Assembly (NCBI GenBank): GCA_029265355.1
Contig: JAJUJL010000008.1
Location: 96,758-160,757 of the forward strand
From: Chloroflexota bacterium
Lineage (GTDB): Bacteria; Chloroflexota; Anaerolineae; Anaerolineales; UBA4823
Length of the DNA stretch: 64,000 nt
Direction: 5' to 3'
A program made the position numbers and the translations under genes. Positions 1-9,536 of this stretch are shown here, piece by piece (position 1 is the first letter of the stretch; every line of letters begins with the position of its first letter). The notes under the pieces were generated by a model. It was given only the letters and a program-made list of their open reading frames with translations, made no database searches and was not told the DNA's origin.

Positions 1-119
1 GCGCTTTCCGCCAGGGGTACGCTGCAGCGGCCTCCATCGTCCTGTTTCTTTTGGTGCTCGTGCTGGGCACGGTCACCCAAACTATTCTGAACCGCAGAGA
101 AAAGAGGATCATGGGATGA
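1..119 (+). CDS. C-terminal fragment of a carbohydrate ABC transporter permease (MalF/UgpA-like), cut by the window edge
   Basis: Frame 3 reads AFRQGYAAAASIVLFLLVLVLGTVTQTILNRREKRIMG*, i.e. a last TM helix plus basic tail. Stop TGA 117-119 overlaps ATG 116 of the next permease (ATGA). Confidence 0.6.
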   Translation, partial: AFRQGYAAAASIVLFLLVLVLGTVTQTILNRREKRIMG

Positions 120-952
120 ACGCGACTCTGGATACCCGACGTCCAATCAAGTGGGGGCGGATTGCCTCCTATGCACTCCTCCTGCTATTCGCAGTGATCT
201 ATGCCGGGCCGTTGCTCATGCTGGTCAACACCGCTTTCAAGACGCTGCCTGAATTCATGAAGAGTGCAACCTCTCCGGTCACAAGCTTGAATTTTGAAAA
301 CTTTATCGAGGCCTGGAACAAGGCCAACTTCCCACGCTACCTGACCAATTCATTGATCTACACCATCACAGCCACATTAGTCTTTGTTGTGACCGCCATA
401 TTCGTTGCCTTCCCCATCTCACGCGGCTACGTCAAAGGCGCGAATTTCATCTTAACTATGTTCGTCATCGCCCTGTTTCTGCCACCGGCGCTGATCCCAC
501 AATTCCAATTGATGCTCGCCTTGGGGCTGTACAACAACCCACTGGGATACATCCTGCTGTTTACTATTAACCCAATCGGCATGGTGATCCTGGTGAACTA
601 TATCAAGACGATCCCCAAGGAATTGGATGAAGCAGCGGCTTTGGATGGGTGTGGGTATTTCCGCTTTGTGACCTCCATACTCTTTCCTTTGATCCGCCCG
701 GCGGTTGCCACCGTGGCCGTGCTGCATGCGATCGGCATCTGGAACGAGCTCATTCTGCCAACCATTTACCTGACCAACAAGGATTACTACCCCATCACGC
801 GCGGTATGATCGTCTTCCAGGGCGTCTATGGCAGCAACTGGCCTACCCTGGCGGCGGCGGTGCTGATCATGACCATACCCATGCTGGTGATTTTCTTGCT
901 CTTGCAGCGCTACATTATCTCTGGCCTCACGCAAGGTGCAGTCAAGGGATAA
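116..952 (+). CDS. Carbohydrate ABC transporter permease (MalG/UgpE-like, BPD_transp_1)
   Basis: 278 aa with 6 predicted TM helices. EAA loop motif ELDEAAALDGCGYFRFVTSILFPLIRPA. Translationally coupled to the upstream permease. Confidence 0.9.
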   Translation: MNATLDTRRPIKWGRIASYALLLLFAVIYAGPLLMLVNTAFKTLPEFMKSATSPVTSLNFENFIEAWNKANFPRYLTNSLIYTITATLVFVVTAIFVAFPISRGYVKGANFILTMFVIALFLPPALIPQFQLMLALGLYNNPLGYILLFTINPIGMVILVNYIKTIPKELDEAAALDGCGYFRFVTSILFPLIRPAVATVAVLHAIGIWNELILPTIYLTNKDYYPITRGMIVFQGVYGSNWPTLAAAVLIMTIPMLVIFLLLQRYIISGLTQGAVKG

Positions 953-1082
953 CAAACCCTTTCGTCGCACAACTGCGAAATATCGTTGACACCCAGAACC
1001 AGCACGAAACTCATCCCCTCTATCCGGGCTGAGGTGAGCTACCGCGCACTATGTGCACAATTTTTCAGAGGTGACGGGCCTG

Positions 1083-1814
1083 ATGACAAACAGAACTTGG
1101 AAGTTGATCTGGCAAGATGAATTCGAAGGGGCCGAGATCGATCACACCAGGTGGCGACTGGATGTGGGTTACACGGGGGAAACCAACGGCGAGCTGGAAA
1201 TTTACACAGATCGACCTGAAAATGCCCGCCTCGAAAACAGCTGCCTGGTGATCGCAGCACGCGAAGAAGAATACCAGGGTTTCCACTATACATCTGCCCG
1301 TCTTAAGACCCAGGGGCTGCACGCCTGGACATACGGCAGGGTAGAGGCGTGCATCAAACTTCCTTATGGTCAGGGTATTTGGCCTGCATTCTGGATGCTA
1401 GGAGATGATGTTTCCACCATTGGGTGGCCGGATTGTGGCGAAATCGACATCATGGAAAATATCGGGCACCGGCCAGACATGGTGCGTGGCACAATCCATG
1501 GTCCAGGTTTTTTCCGCGATGACAGCATCGGCGCCGACCTGATCTTGCCAGACCAGAAATTCTGCGATGATTTTCACCTGTATGCGATTGAGTGGGAGCC
1601 GGATGAAATACGCTGGTATGTGGATGACCACCACTACAGCACGCTGACACCTCGCGATGTGCCGGGAAGATGGGTGTTCGATCACCCCTTCTTTATTTTG
1701 CTCAACCTTGCCGTCGGGGGCCACTGGCCGGGTTATCCCGATCAGACAACGCTCTTCCCACAGTTCATGTACGTCGATTATGTAAGGGTTTATACAACAG
1801 GAGTAAACCAATGA
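1083..1814 (+). CDS. GH16 beta-1,3-glucanase (laminarinase-type), no signal peptide
   Basis: WQDEFEG start and beta-bulge catalytic motif [10 protein letters not shown] (ExDxxE). ATG 1083 is preferred over GTG 1053 because GAGGTG lies 9 nt upstream. Stop overlaps the next start (ATGA at 1811-1814). Confidence 0.85.
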   Translation: MTNRTWKLIWQDEFEGAEIDHTRWRLDVGYTGETNGELEIYTDRPENARLENSCLVIAAREEEYQGFHYTSARLKTQGLHAWTYGRVEACIKLPYGQGIWPAFWMLGDDVSTIGWPDCGEIDIMENIGHRPDMVRGTIHGPGFFRDDSIGADLILPDQKFCDDFHLYAIEWEPDEIRWYVDDHHYSTLTPRDVPGRWVFDHPFFILLNLAVGGHWPGYPDQTTLFPQFMYVDYVRVYTTGVNQ

Positions 1815-4800
1815 TTAAGCGAAAATCCCTGCCCGTTTTAGCACTGATCTTCAGTTTACTGCTGAACGGTGTCTACTTCCCCAATATGTTGCCGGCTATT
1901 GCAGCAGAACTGCCAGTTGTCGATGACTTTGAGGCTACCCTGGTGTCTGGTTTCGATAGCAATGGCATTCCGATTGGCTTCTTCACCGCACAAGATAGCA
2001 GCAGCACAGTTTCATTTGCAGCCACAATGGCACCACCTGCTCCCTTGCCTGGCGCACTGGAACCAAACACCGTTTTGAAAGCTGACTTCACAGTGGCGTC
2101 TTACGGCGTGGTGATCCACGGCTTCGAGAATCCCGATGTGAACACCTGGGTTTCACAGGACTGGAGCGCGTACGAAGGCATCTCTTTCTGGCTGTATGGC
2201 AGCAATACGAACACCGACCTTTTTATCGACGTGATCGACAATCGCAATACACCAGCCTTGCCGCGCGATGATGCCGAACGTTTCACAGTCAGCTTCAAGG
2301 ACAATTTTAGCGGCTGGCAGCAGTTCCAATTCCCCTTCACCAGCTTCACCCGCAAGGAAATTGGCAACGGCGCACCGAATGACGGTTTCACGTTGACCGA
2401 AGTACATGGTTGGGCATTTGGCACGCTCACCACCAGCGGTACACAAACCTACTACCTGGATCAAGTTGCGCTGTACGGCACAGCGCCAGTTCGACCGCTG
2501 CTGGTAAGCTTCGCATCCAGCAATACGAATGTAAAAGAGGGTCGCGCCGGCAGCATCATTGTAAAACTCAGCAAGCCTGCCGAAGAACCCGTGACGGTGC
2601 ATTATGTCTCCTATGCTGGATCCGCCCGAGCAGATCGTGATTACATCCCTGCCACGGGTGAACTCACCTTTGCCCCTGGGATAACGCAGCAATCGATCAA
2701 TATCAAAACCCTGGATGATGCCAAATATGAAGGGGACGAGAGTGTCATTCTGCAACTGTCTCCTCCGAGCCTGGGCGAGCTGGGTATCCCTCCCCTGGCG
2801 CGCTTGAACATCCAGGACAATGACTCGTATGACGCCTCGCTGCTGGATGACTTCGAAACCTACCCGTATCTATTTGCTTCTCCTCCCAAAACAATCATCG
2901 ATTCGCTCGAAATTCAAGCGGGTACAGCCCTGGCATTACCGTCTCAGGGCGCATACGAAGGTGTCTTGCAGGTAACGCGCAACGATGCGAGCAAGACCTC
3001 GCTCGAGCTTAGCCGGCGTTTTGCCGCGGCCCAAGACTGGCGGAGCAACCAGGGATTGAGCTTCTGGTATTTCGGATACAATTCCGGCCGAAAGATCAAA
3101 GTTAATTTATTTGATAATCAGGCTCCAGATCCGGGGCCAACCGGCTGGCAGATGGTCTGGAATGACGAGTTCAATGCTCCCGCAGGTGCGCCGCCCAACC
3201 AGGAGTACTGGGGATATGAGCTTGGCGATGGCACAGTCAACGGGATACCCGGTTGGGGCAACGACGAGTTGGAGTACTACACCGACAGCACCGCGAATGC
3301 CGCCACAGACGGCCTGGGCAACCTGGTAATTACAGCCAGGAAAGCAGATGGTTCTTTGCTTTGCTACTATGGTCCGTGCCAGTACACCTCAGCCCGGCTC
3401 ACAACCAAAAATAAGTTCGAAGTCGCCTATGGGCGCATCGAAGCGCGCATCAAAGTCCCCAGCGGCGCCGGGTTGTGGCCCGCTTTCTGGAGCCTGGGCA
3501 CCGACATTGACCGAGTTGGATGGCCGCAATCTGGGGAGATTGACATCATGGAAAATGTCGGGCGTATACCGAATGAGATCTTCGGAACCATACATGGTCC
3601 GGGGTATTCTGGCGGAGACAGCTTCGGTCAGAGTTATGATTTTGGCGTACCAGCCGCCGACGAGTTTCATACAGTCGCAGTAGAATGGCGGCCTGATGAG
3701 ATCCATTGGTATGTGGATGGGATTCTCTACCACAGCGCTGCACCTGACGATGTCGCCCCTAACGAATGGGTATTCAATCACCCATTCTACCTGTTGCTGA
3801 ACGTGGCGATTGGCGGCAATTTCGGTGGGCCTGTTGGCGAAGACACCGTATTTCCTCAGCAGATGCTGGTTGATTACGTGCGGCTTTACCAGGCTCCCGA
3901 TACAGCCGAGCGCTTCGAGGCTGCATTTACCGATAATTTTGCAGGTTGGCAGCGGATATCCATACCATTTAGCGCCTTTCGGCGAAGCGATAGTCAGCCC
4001 GCAGGCGCCCCCAATGATGGGCTGACGCTTGCCAGCGTATGGGGATATGGCTTCAAGTTCCCCGGAAATATCCCCGTGCCCGCAATGATCGATCAGGTAA
4101 GAGTGCAGCCGTACTGCAGCTTCGACATCACGGTGATGAACACAGCCGATAGCGGGAGAGGCTCTCTGCGCCAAGCAATTAGCGATGTTTGTTTTGGCGG
4201 CACAATCGGTTTCGATCCGGGCCTGGCTGGTCAGACGATCGGGTTAACCTCGAGCGAATTGGCAATCAATAAGCCCCTTACCATTGACGGTTCTGGCGCG
4301 CCGGGGCTTTCCATCAGCGGCAGCGGCTTGGTTCGTCCCTTTGTCATCGATCCGACGATGAATGCGGTCATCCGTTATCTCAGGATCGCCAATGGGTATG
4401 GCTATCAGCTGGCTGGCGGCATCTTGAACAATGGCACATTGACGCTCGACCATGTTGTTGTCGAAAACAACACCGTAACAACCGATTACGAGGACTGGTG
4501 GAAAGGCGGCGCTGGGATTTACAATGGCGATGGAAGTACACTCACCCTGGTGAACAGCACAGTGGCAGGTAATGCGGCGCAGCAATCCAACGGGGGAGGC
4601 ATCTACGCCTTCTTCAACACACTGGTCATGCTCGATCGCAGCACGGTGAGCGGCAACAGCGCCAATGTGGGCGGTGGATTGCGAACGCTCGGTGATGTCG
4701 AGATCGTCAACAGCACGATCAGCGGGAACTCATCCTACGGCTGGCATGGCGGCGCCCTCTTCCACACCAATGGCGTGGTTGACATTCTCAACTCAACCAT

Positions 4801-5200
4801 TGCGAACAACCGCGGGCCAGATTGGGCTCCCTCCGCCATTTTCATTGGATCCTTCGATGCTTCCATACCCAGCCTTAAGCTGACCAACACCATTATCTCA
4901 GGCAATCAATGGTATGCCTGTGATCATTGGACCGGCAGCGTCATTGTTGTCTCTGGAGGGCATAACCTGGTTCAGGACGCCACCTGCAATCCGAATGCCA
5001 CCGACCTGATTCTGGGCAGCGCAGAACTTGGCCCTCTGGCAGACAATGGAGGCCCAACCTGGACACATGCCTTGCTGCCGGGAAGCCTGGCGCTGGATGC
5101 CGCGGATGATCTGGTATGCCCGGCGATGGACCAGCGCGGGGTAGTGAGGCCGCAAGGACCACATTGTGATATTGGTGCTTTCGAGGCTGTAGTACCGTAA
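1811..5200 (+). CDS. Secreted multidomain GH16 glucanase: signal peptide, CBM-like domain, Calx-beta, split CBM-like domain carrying a nested GH16, C-terminal beta-helix (CSLREA / choice-of-anchor-Q type)
   Basis: Start [20 protein letters not shown] is a signal peptide; the ORF-track extension 1670-1810 overlaps the previous gene. Calx-beta-like segment [34 protein letters not shown]16 motif [18 protein letters not shown] and the terminal [19 protein letters not shown] are typical of CSLREA/beta-helix domains. Confidence 0.85.
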   Translation: MIKRKSLPVLALIFSLLLNGVYFPNMLPAIAAELPVVDDFEATLVSGFDSNGIPIGFFTAQDSSSTVSFAATMAPPAPLPGALEPNTVLKADFTVASYGVVIHGFENPDVNTWVSQDWSAYEGISFWLYGSNTNTDLFIDVIDNRNTPALPRDDAERFTVSFKDNFSGWQQFQFPFTSFTRKEIGNGAPNDGFTLTEVHGWAFGTLTTSGTQTYYLDQVALYGTAPVRPLLVSFASSNTNVKEGRAGSIIVKLSKPAEEPVTVHYVSYAGSARADRDYIPATGELTFAPGITQQSINIKTLDDAKYEGDESVILQLSPPSLGELGIPPLARLNIQDNDSYDASLLDDFETYPYLFASPPKTIIDSLEIQAGTALALPSQGAYEGVLQVTRNDASKTSLELSRRFAAAQDWRSNQGLSFWYFGYNSGRKIKVNLFDNQAPDPGPTGWQMVWNDEFNAPAGAPPNQEYWGYELGDGTVNGIPGWGNDELEYYTDSTANAATDGLGNLVITARKADGSLLCYYGPCQYTSARLTTKNKFEVAYGRIEARIKVPSGAGLWPAFWSLGTDIDRVGWPQSGEIDIMENVGRIPNEIFGTIHGPGYSGGDSFGQSYDFGVPAADEFHTVAVEWRPDEIHWYVDGILYHSAAPDDVAPNEWVFNHPFYLLLNVAIGGNFGGPVGEDTVFPQQMLVDYVRLYQAPDTAERFEAAFTDNFAGWQRISIPFSAFRRSDSQPAGAPNDGLTLASVWGYGFKFPGNIPVPAMIDQVRVQPYCSFDITVMNTADSGRGSLRQAISDVCFGGTIGFDPGLAGQTIGLTSSELAINKPLTIDGSGAPGLSISGSGLVRPFVIDPTMNAVIRYLRIANGYGYQLAGGILNNGTLTLDHVVVENNTVTTDYEDWWKGGAGIYNGDGSTLTLVNSTVAGNAAQQSNGGGIYAFFNTLVMLDRSTVSGNSANVGGGLRTLGDVEIVNSTISGNSSYGWHGGALFHTNGVVDILNSTIANNRGPDWAPSAIFIGSFDASIPSLKLTNTIISGNQWYACDHWTGSVIVVSGGHNLVQDATCNPNATDLILGSAELGPLADNGGPTWTHALLPGSLALDAADDLVCPAMDQRGVVRPQGPHCDIGAFEAVVP

Positions 5201-5238
5201 CCCTGGTTTCTATAAGTCCGGCGCCGAGAATGCTCTCT

Positions 5239-5280
5239 GCCGCTTCCTCGAGAGAATGCCTTCCCTCTTGAGGAAGCGGC
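5239..5280 (+). terminator. Strong hairpin just after the stop of the large GH16 gene (no U-tract)
   Basis: GCCGCTTCCTC (5239-5249) pairs perfectly with GAGGAAGCGGC (5270-5280) and is extendable by GAGAG/CTCTT. A second 10-bp hairpin lies at 5300-5333 (CTGTGATCGC/GCGATCACAG). Confidence 0.35.
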
Positions 5281-5366
5281 GCTAAGAAACCGGACCCTGC
5301 TGTGATCGCACCAGCAAGGCAGGGGCGATCACAGGCAATCATCAAACTCAATAAAGGAGAAAATCT

Positions 5367-6200
5367 GTGATCTCCAGTCTGATTTCTCGCGGCTTACGCA
5401 CCATCGTGATAACCCTGTCCCTGATCGCCTTTGGAGTCTCTTGCAGTCCGGCCTCATTCGGGAGTAAATCGACCCCCATCGTGGCGCCCGAAGGCTGGAA
5501 TTTAATCTGGCATGATGAGTTCGATGGCAGCAAGATTGACACCGCAAATTGGACCTACGATCTCGGCGCTGGCGGTTGGGGCAATGGCGAAGCACAGCAC
5601 TACACTTCTCGCCCAGAGAACGCCCGCCTTGAAAACGGCCTGCTGGTCATCGAGGCCCGTCAGGAGAAATACGAAGACGCTTATTACACTTCTGCCCGCC
5701 TTAAGACCCAAGGGCTGCAGGAGTTCCAATACGGGCGGATCGAAGCAAGACTAAAGGTACCGGCAGGCAAAGGCTTGTGGCCTGCATTTTGGATGCTTGG
5801 TTCTTCATTCAATGGCGGCAACTGGCCCGACTGCGGGGAAATCGATATCATGGAATACATTGGCAAAGAGCCGGATTTGATCTTCGGCACCTTGCACGGC
5901 CCTGGGTATTCTGGGGCGCTGGGCATCAGCCAATGGAACCGACAGACCTACAACATCGCCGATGAGTTTCACACCTATGCCATCGAATGGGAGGCGGACG
6001 AAATCCGCTGGTATTATGATGAGGCGCTGTATCACACTGTCACCCGGGCAGATGTCGGCGAACGGGAGTGGGTTTTTGACCAGCCATTCTTTATCATCCT
6101 CAACCTGGCGATTGGCGGGGTACTGCCTGGGCCGGTTGGCTTAGATACAGCTTTCCCGGCCCAATATCTTGTTGATTATGTGCGGGTGTACCAGCGCTAG
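5367..6200 (+). CDS. GH16 beta-1,3-glucanase with N-terminal signal/anchor (possible lipoprotein)
   Basis: GTG start preceded by AAGGAG. Hydrophobic N-terminus ending in Cys (LIAFGVSCSP). WHDEFDG and catalytic GEIDIMEYIG. Confidence 0.85.
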   Translation: MISSLISRGLRTIVITLSLIAFGVSCSPASFGSKSTPIVAPEGWNLIWHDEFDGSKIDTANWTYDLGAGGWGNGEAQHYTSRPENARLENGLLVIEARQEKYEDAYYTSARLKTQGLQEFQYGRIEARLKVPAGKGLWPAFWMLGSSFNGGNWPDCGEIDIMEYIGKEPDLIFGTLHGPGYSGALGISQWNRQTYNIADEFHTYAIEWEADEIRWYYDEALYHTVTRADVGEREWVFDQPFFIILNLAIGGVLPGPVGLDTAFPAQYLVDYVRVYQR

Positions 6201-6279
6201 CGCGGCACGGATTCCAACCGTTATCCCAGCAGATGACGCAGGACTTGCGCACCATCTGGAGATATTGATCAGGTGAGTT

Positions 6280-9200
6280 ATGAGCGCCTATTATCTTGAC
6301 CAACACAACCGTTTTATCGTCACTGATTACCAACGCCAGCGCCCATTTTCCAGCACACTGCCCGGTATCGCCGGCCCTTTGGGCATCCCCATGTGGGTGT
6401 TTTACGTAAATCGCGGCCAGGCAATCACCAGCTTTGGGGTAAAGAACAAGGACCACCCCATCATGGAATTCCAGCCAGCGAATAAGGCATACCAGCTCAC
6501 GCCATTTTTAGGGTTCCGCACCTTCATCAAACTGCTGAGCTCCGACGAGCCATCCATCTATGAGCCCTTTTCGGCGGGCGCTAAGAACAGAGATCAGCAA
6601 ATGCTGATCTCTTACAACGAGCTGGAGCTGCGCGAGCAGCACCAAGCTCACGGTTTACAAGTTGAGGTGCGCTATTTCGTCTTGCCAGAAGAACGTCTGG
6701 CCGGCCTGGTGCGCCAGGTGGTGGTTACCAATTTGACCGAGCACACAGCGCAGTTGGAGATACTGGATGGCTTGCCCGCCATTATTCCCTACGGTGTCTC
6801 GAACCAGGACCTGAAAGAACACAACCGCACAGTTGAAGCCTGGATGGATGTATATAACCAGGAAAACAATGCCCCCTTCTTTCGGTTGCGTTCCACCCCA
6901 GGCGACACAGCAGAAGTCAAACCTGTGCGAGCAGGCAATTTCGCCTTGGGTTACGTGGAACAGGATGGAGTCAATCGCCAACTGGCTGCCATCGTCAACC
7001 CGGAAACTGTTTTTGGGCCCGACACGTCGCTCAGTTTCCCGGAAAGATTTCACCAGCAGGCGATTTTCGAGTTGCATCAGCCACCCCAAACAGCCTCCGG
7101 CAAAACACCGTGCGCTTTTTTCGGTTTTCCCGCCACATTGCCTGCATCCGGCTCGGTGCGCTTGTATAGCATCTATGGCTATGCCAGCGGGTTAGCGACG
7201 CTGAACCAGGTTGCGCCGCGCCTGGTGGCGCCCGGGTACCTGGATGAAAAAAGGCGAACTGCAAACTCGCTCGTCGATCAACTCACCGCACCTATCGCTA
7301 CCAAGACCAGCTTGCCAGTTTTCGACGCTTACTGCCGGCAAACCTTCCTGGACAACGTTCTGCGCGGCGGCTGGCCCGTTCAACTCGGAAGCGATGCGAA
7401 ACCAGTCACTTATCACATTTACTCACGCAAACACGGCGACCCAGAGCGGGATTACAACGCTTTCTTCTTGGCGGCGGAATATTACTCGCAGGGCAATGGA
7501 AATTACCGCGACGTCAATCAAAATCGGCGCTGCGAGGTGTTCTTTGAGCCTCGTGTTGGAGAGACGAATATCTGGTCATTTCTCAGCCTGATCCAGGCCG
7601 ATGGCTACAATCCATTGGTGGTGAAAGGCAGCAAGTTTTGGGTGCCTCCGGGCAAGCGCTCAACCATCACCGCGCTTGCAGCGCAACCTGAGCGGGTGGC
7701 GACATTCCTTGAAAGGCCGTTTACGCCAGGGGGGTTGCTGAGTTGGATCGAAGAAAATGGCATCGAGCTGAACACTTCGCCTCTCAATTTCCTGCAACAA
7801 GCCCTATATGAAGCTGATCAATATTTCGATGCTGAATTTGGCGAGGGATATTGGACCGATCACTGGACATATAACCTGGACTTGATCGACAGCTTCCTGG
7901 CAATCTACCCAGATCGCAGGCAAGCGTTGCTTTTTGAACGGGCGGACCTGCCCTTCTTTGATAGCCCGGCTTTCGTGCAGCCGCGCAGCAAGAAATACGT
8001 ACTGGTAGGCAACCAGCCGCGCCAATATGGAGCTGTAGTGATCGACCGCGAAAAAGCCGCCTTGATCGCTGAGCGCCGGGAGTACCCCAACCTGATGCGC
8101 ACCCGCAAGGGACGAGGAGAGATTTTCCGCACAAACTTGTACGCCAAATTGGCAACCCTGGCGCTGATCAAATTTGCCACCCTGGATCCCATGGGGATGG
8201 GCGTTGAGATGGAAGCAGACCGCCCCGCCTGGTGTGATGCGTTGAATGGACTGCCCGGCCTGTTCGGATCCTCACTGTCCGAAACGTTCGAGCTGGCGCG
8301 TTTGCTGGCTTTCTTGAAAACCAATCTTCCTGAGAATAAGGCATCCAGCCTGCATTTGCCCATCGAAGTCGCGGATTTTCTCATTGCTGTTGTTGATCAC
8401 TTGCGCGCCTACCAGGCCTCACAGGATGAAAGGCGTGAATTTTTCTACTGGGATGCAGTCGCCACGGCCCGCGAATCCTACCGGGAAATTGTCCGCCTCG
8501 GATTCGACGGTCAAACCCGAGCGATCACTTTCGCAGATATCGAAGCATACCTCTCTCTTTTCTTGGATAAGGTGCAAGCCGGGATTGAGCGCGCCTTGCG
8601 GTTGAATGAGGGATTACCACCGACATACTTTTACTATGACGTTGAAGCGTTCGACATCCTGCGCTCCTCCAACAGGGAGCCAGTGAGGGATGATCAGCAG
8701 CGCGTGCGCATCCGTGCGCTGGGTTTCCGCCAGAGAGTGTTGCCGATTTTCCTGGAGGGCGTCGTCCGAATGTTCAAGACCCTGCCAGATATCCACACAG
8801 CGCGCCAGCTTTACCAACAGGTAAAGGAAAGCGCCTTGTATGACCGCTTTCTGAAGATGTATCGCACAAACGCCTCTTTGGAGCACCAGTCGATGGAAAT
8901 TGGCCGGCTGCGCGCTTTCACTCCCGGCTGGCTGGAAAATGAATCCATCTTCCTGCACATGGAATACAAGTACCTGCTGGAAATTTTGCGCGCCGGGTTG
9001 TATGACGAATTCTTCGAAGATTTTCGGAGTGCGCTGGTTGCCTTCCAGGATCCAATCCGCTATGGGCGCAGTCCCCTGGAAAATTCTTCATTCATTGTCA
9101 GCAGCGCTCATCCGGATAGCAATTTACACGGCGCAGGCTTCGTGGCGCGCCTCACCGGCGCAACCGCCGAGTTCCTGAGCATGTGGAATCTCATGATGGT

Positions 9201-9513
9201 AGGCAGCCATCCTTTTTTCCTCAAGGATGGCGAATTGTCCCTGCGCCTGAAACCAGCACTTCCAGCGTGGCTGTTCGACGAGGCCAATACGCTGAGCTTT
9301 ACCTTCCTCGGTCGCTGCCAGGTGACCTATCTCAACCCATCGAGAGCAGATACCTATTCAGAATCGGTGCAGATACAGAGCATCAAATTGATACTTGAGG
9401 GCGAAGAGATTGAGCTGCGCAGCGATGTGATCGGACCTCCCTACGCCGCGATGATACGGGATGGGCGTGTCCGGCGCATCGTTGTTAACTTCACAACGCG
9501 AGTGCAAGAGTAG
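6280..9513 (+). CDS. Large GH94-clan glycoside phosphorylase-like protein (candidate GH149/GH161-type beta-1,3-glucan phosphorylase)
   Basis: 1077 aa. NYRDVNQNRR (about 7501-7527) resembles the GH94 phosphate-site motif YRDSNQD. ADRPAWCDALNGLPG (about 8215-8255) resembles the catalytic ADWNDxLN motif. It sits next to a clearer GH94 gene. The CDS is solid; the function is inferred. Confidence 0.6.
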   Translation: MSAYYLDQHNRFIVTDYQRQRPFSSTLPGIAGPLGIPMWVFYVNRGQAITSFGVKNKDHPIMEFQPANKAYQLTPFLGFRTFIKLLSSDEPSIYEPFSAGAKNRDQQMLISYNELELREQHQAHGLQVEVRYFVLPEERLAGLVRQVVVTNLTEHTAQLEILDGLPAIIPYGVSNQDLKEHNRTVEAWMDVYNQENNAPFFRLRSTPGDTAEVKPVRAGNFALGYVEQDGVNRQLAAIVNPETVFGPDTSLSFPERFHQQAIFELHQPPQTASGKTPCAFFGFPATLPASGSVRLYSIYGYASGLATLNQVAPRLVAPGYLDEKRRTANSLVDQLTAPIATKTSLPVFDAYCRQTFLDNVLRGGWPVQLGSDAKPVTYHIYSRKHGDPERDYNAFFLAAEYYSQGNGNYRDVNQNRRCEVFFEPRVGETNIWSFLSLIQADGYNPLVVKGSKFWVPPGKRSTITALAAQPERVATFLERPFTPGGLLSWIEENGIELNTSPLNFLQQALYEADQYFDAEFGEGYWTDHWTYNLDLIDSFLAIYPDRRQALLFERADLPFFDSPAFVQPRSKKYVLVGNQPRQYGAVVIDREKAALIAERREYPNLMRTRKGRGEIFRTNLYAKLATLALIKFATLDPMGMGVEMEADRPAWCDALNGLPGLFGSSLSETFELARLLAFLKTNLPENKASSLHLPIEVADFLIAVVDHLRAYQASQDERREFFYWDAVATARESYREIVRLGFDGQTRAITFADIEAYLSLFLDKVQAGIERALRLNEGLPPTYFYYDVEAFDILRSSNREPVRDDQQRVRIRALGFRQRVLPIFLEGVVRMFKTLPDIHTARQLYQQVKESALYDRFLKMYRTNASLEHQSMEIGRLRAFTPGWLENESIFLHMEYKYLLEILRAGLYDEFFEDFRSALVAFQDPIRYGRSPLENSSFIVSSAHPDSNLHGAGFVARLTGATAEFLSMWNLMMVGSHPFFLKDGELSLRLKPALPAWLFDEANTLSFTFLGRCQVTYLNPSRADTYSESVQIQSIKLILEGEEIELRSDVIGPPYAAMIRDGRVRRIVVNFTTRVQE

Positions 9514-9536
9514 AGAAAACCCTGAAGGGCGTAAAA

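Noticed and set aside
986-998. Shared 12-13-mers between intergenic regions: TTGACACCCAGAA at 986 and 27925, and CCCGGTAGATATT at 14219 and 55638
   Set aside because: In 64 kb read on both strands, on the order of a hundred exact 13-mer coincidences are expected by chance. The flanks do not align and the spacing to downstream genes differs. Not treated as repeats or a regulon motif.
1670-1810. N-terminal extensions suggested by the ORF track, here and at 28235-28345, 30989-31138, 32475-32489, 34903-35181, 37319-37408, 44759-44806, 48722-48778, 54215-54277, 60589-60888 and 61682-62179
   Set aside because: The extensions overlap the preceding gene or an identified promoter or terminator, lack an SD and often begin with TTG/GTG. 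Internal ATGs with SDs give N-termini matching the family (signal peptides, conserved Nuo starts).
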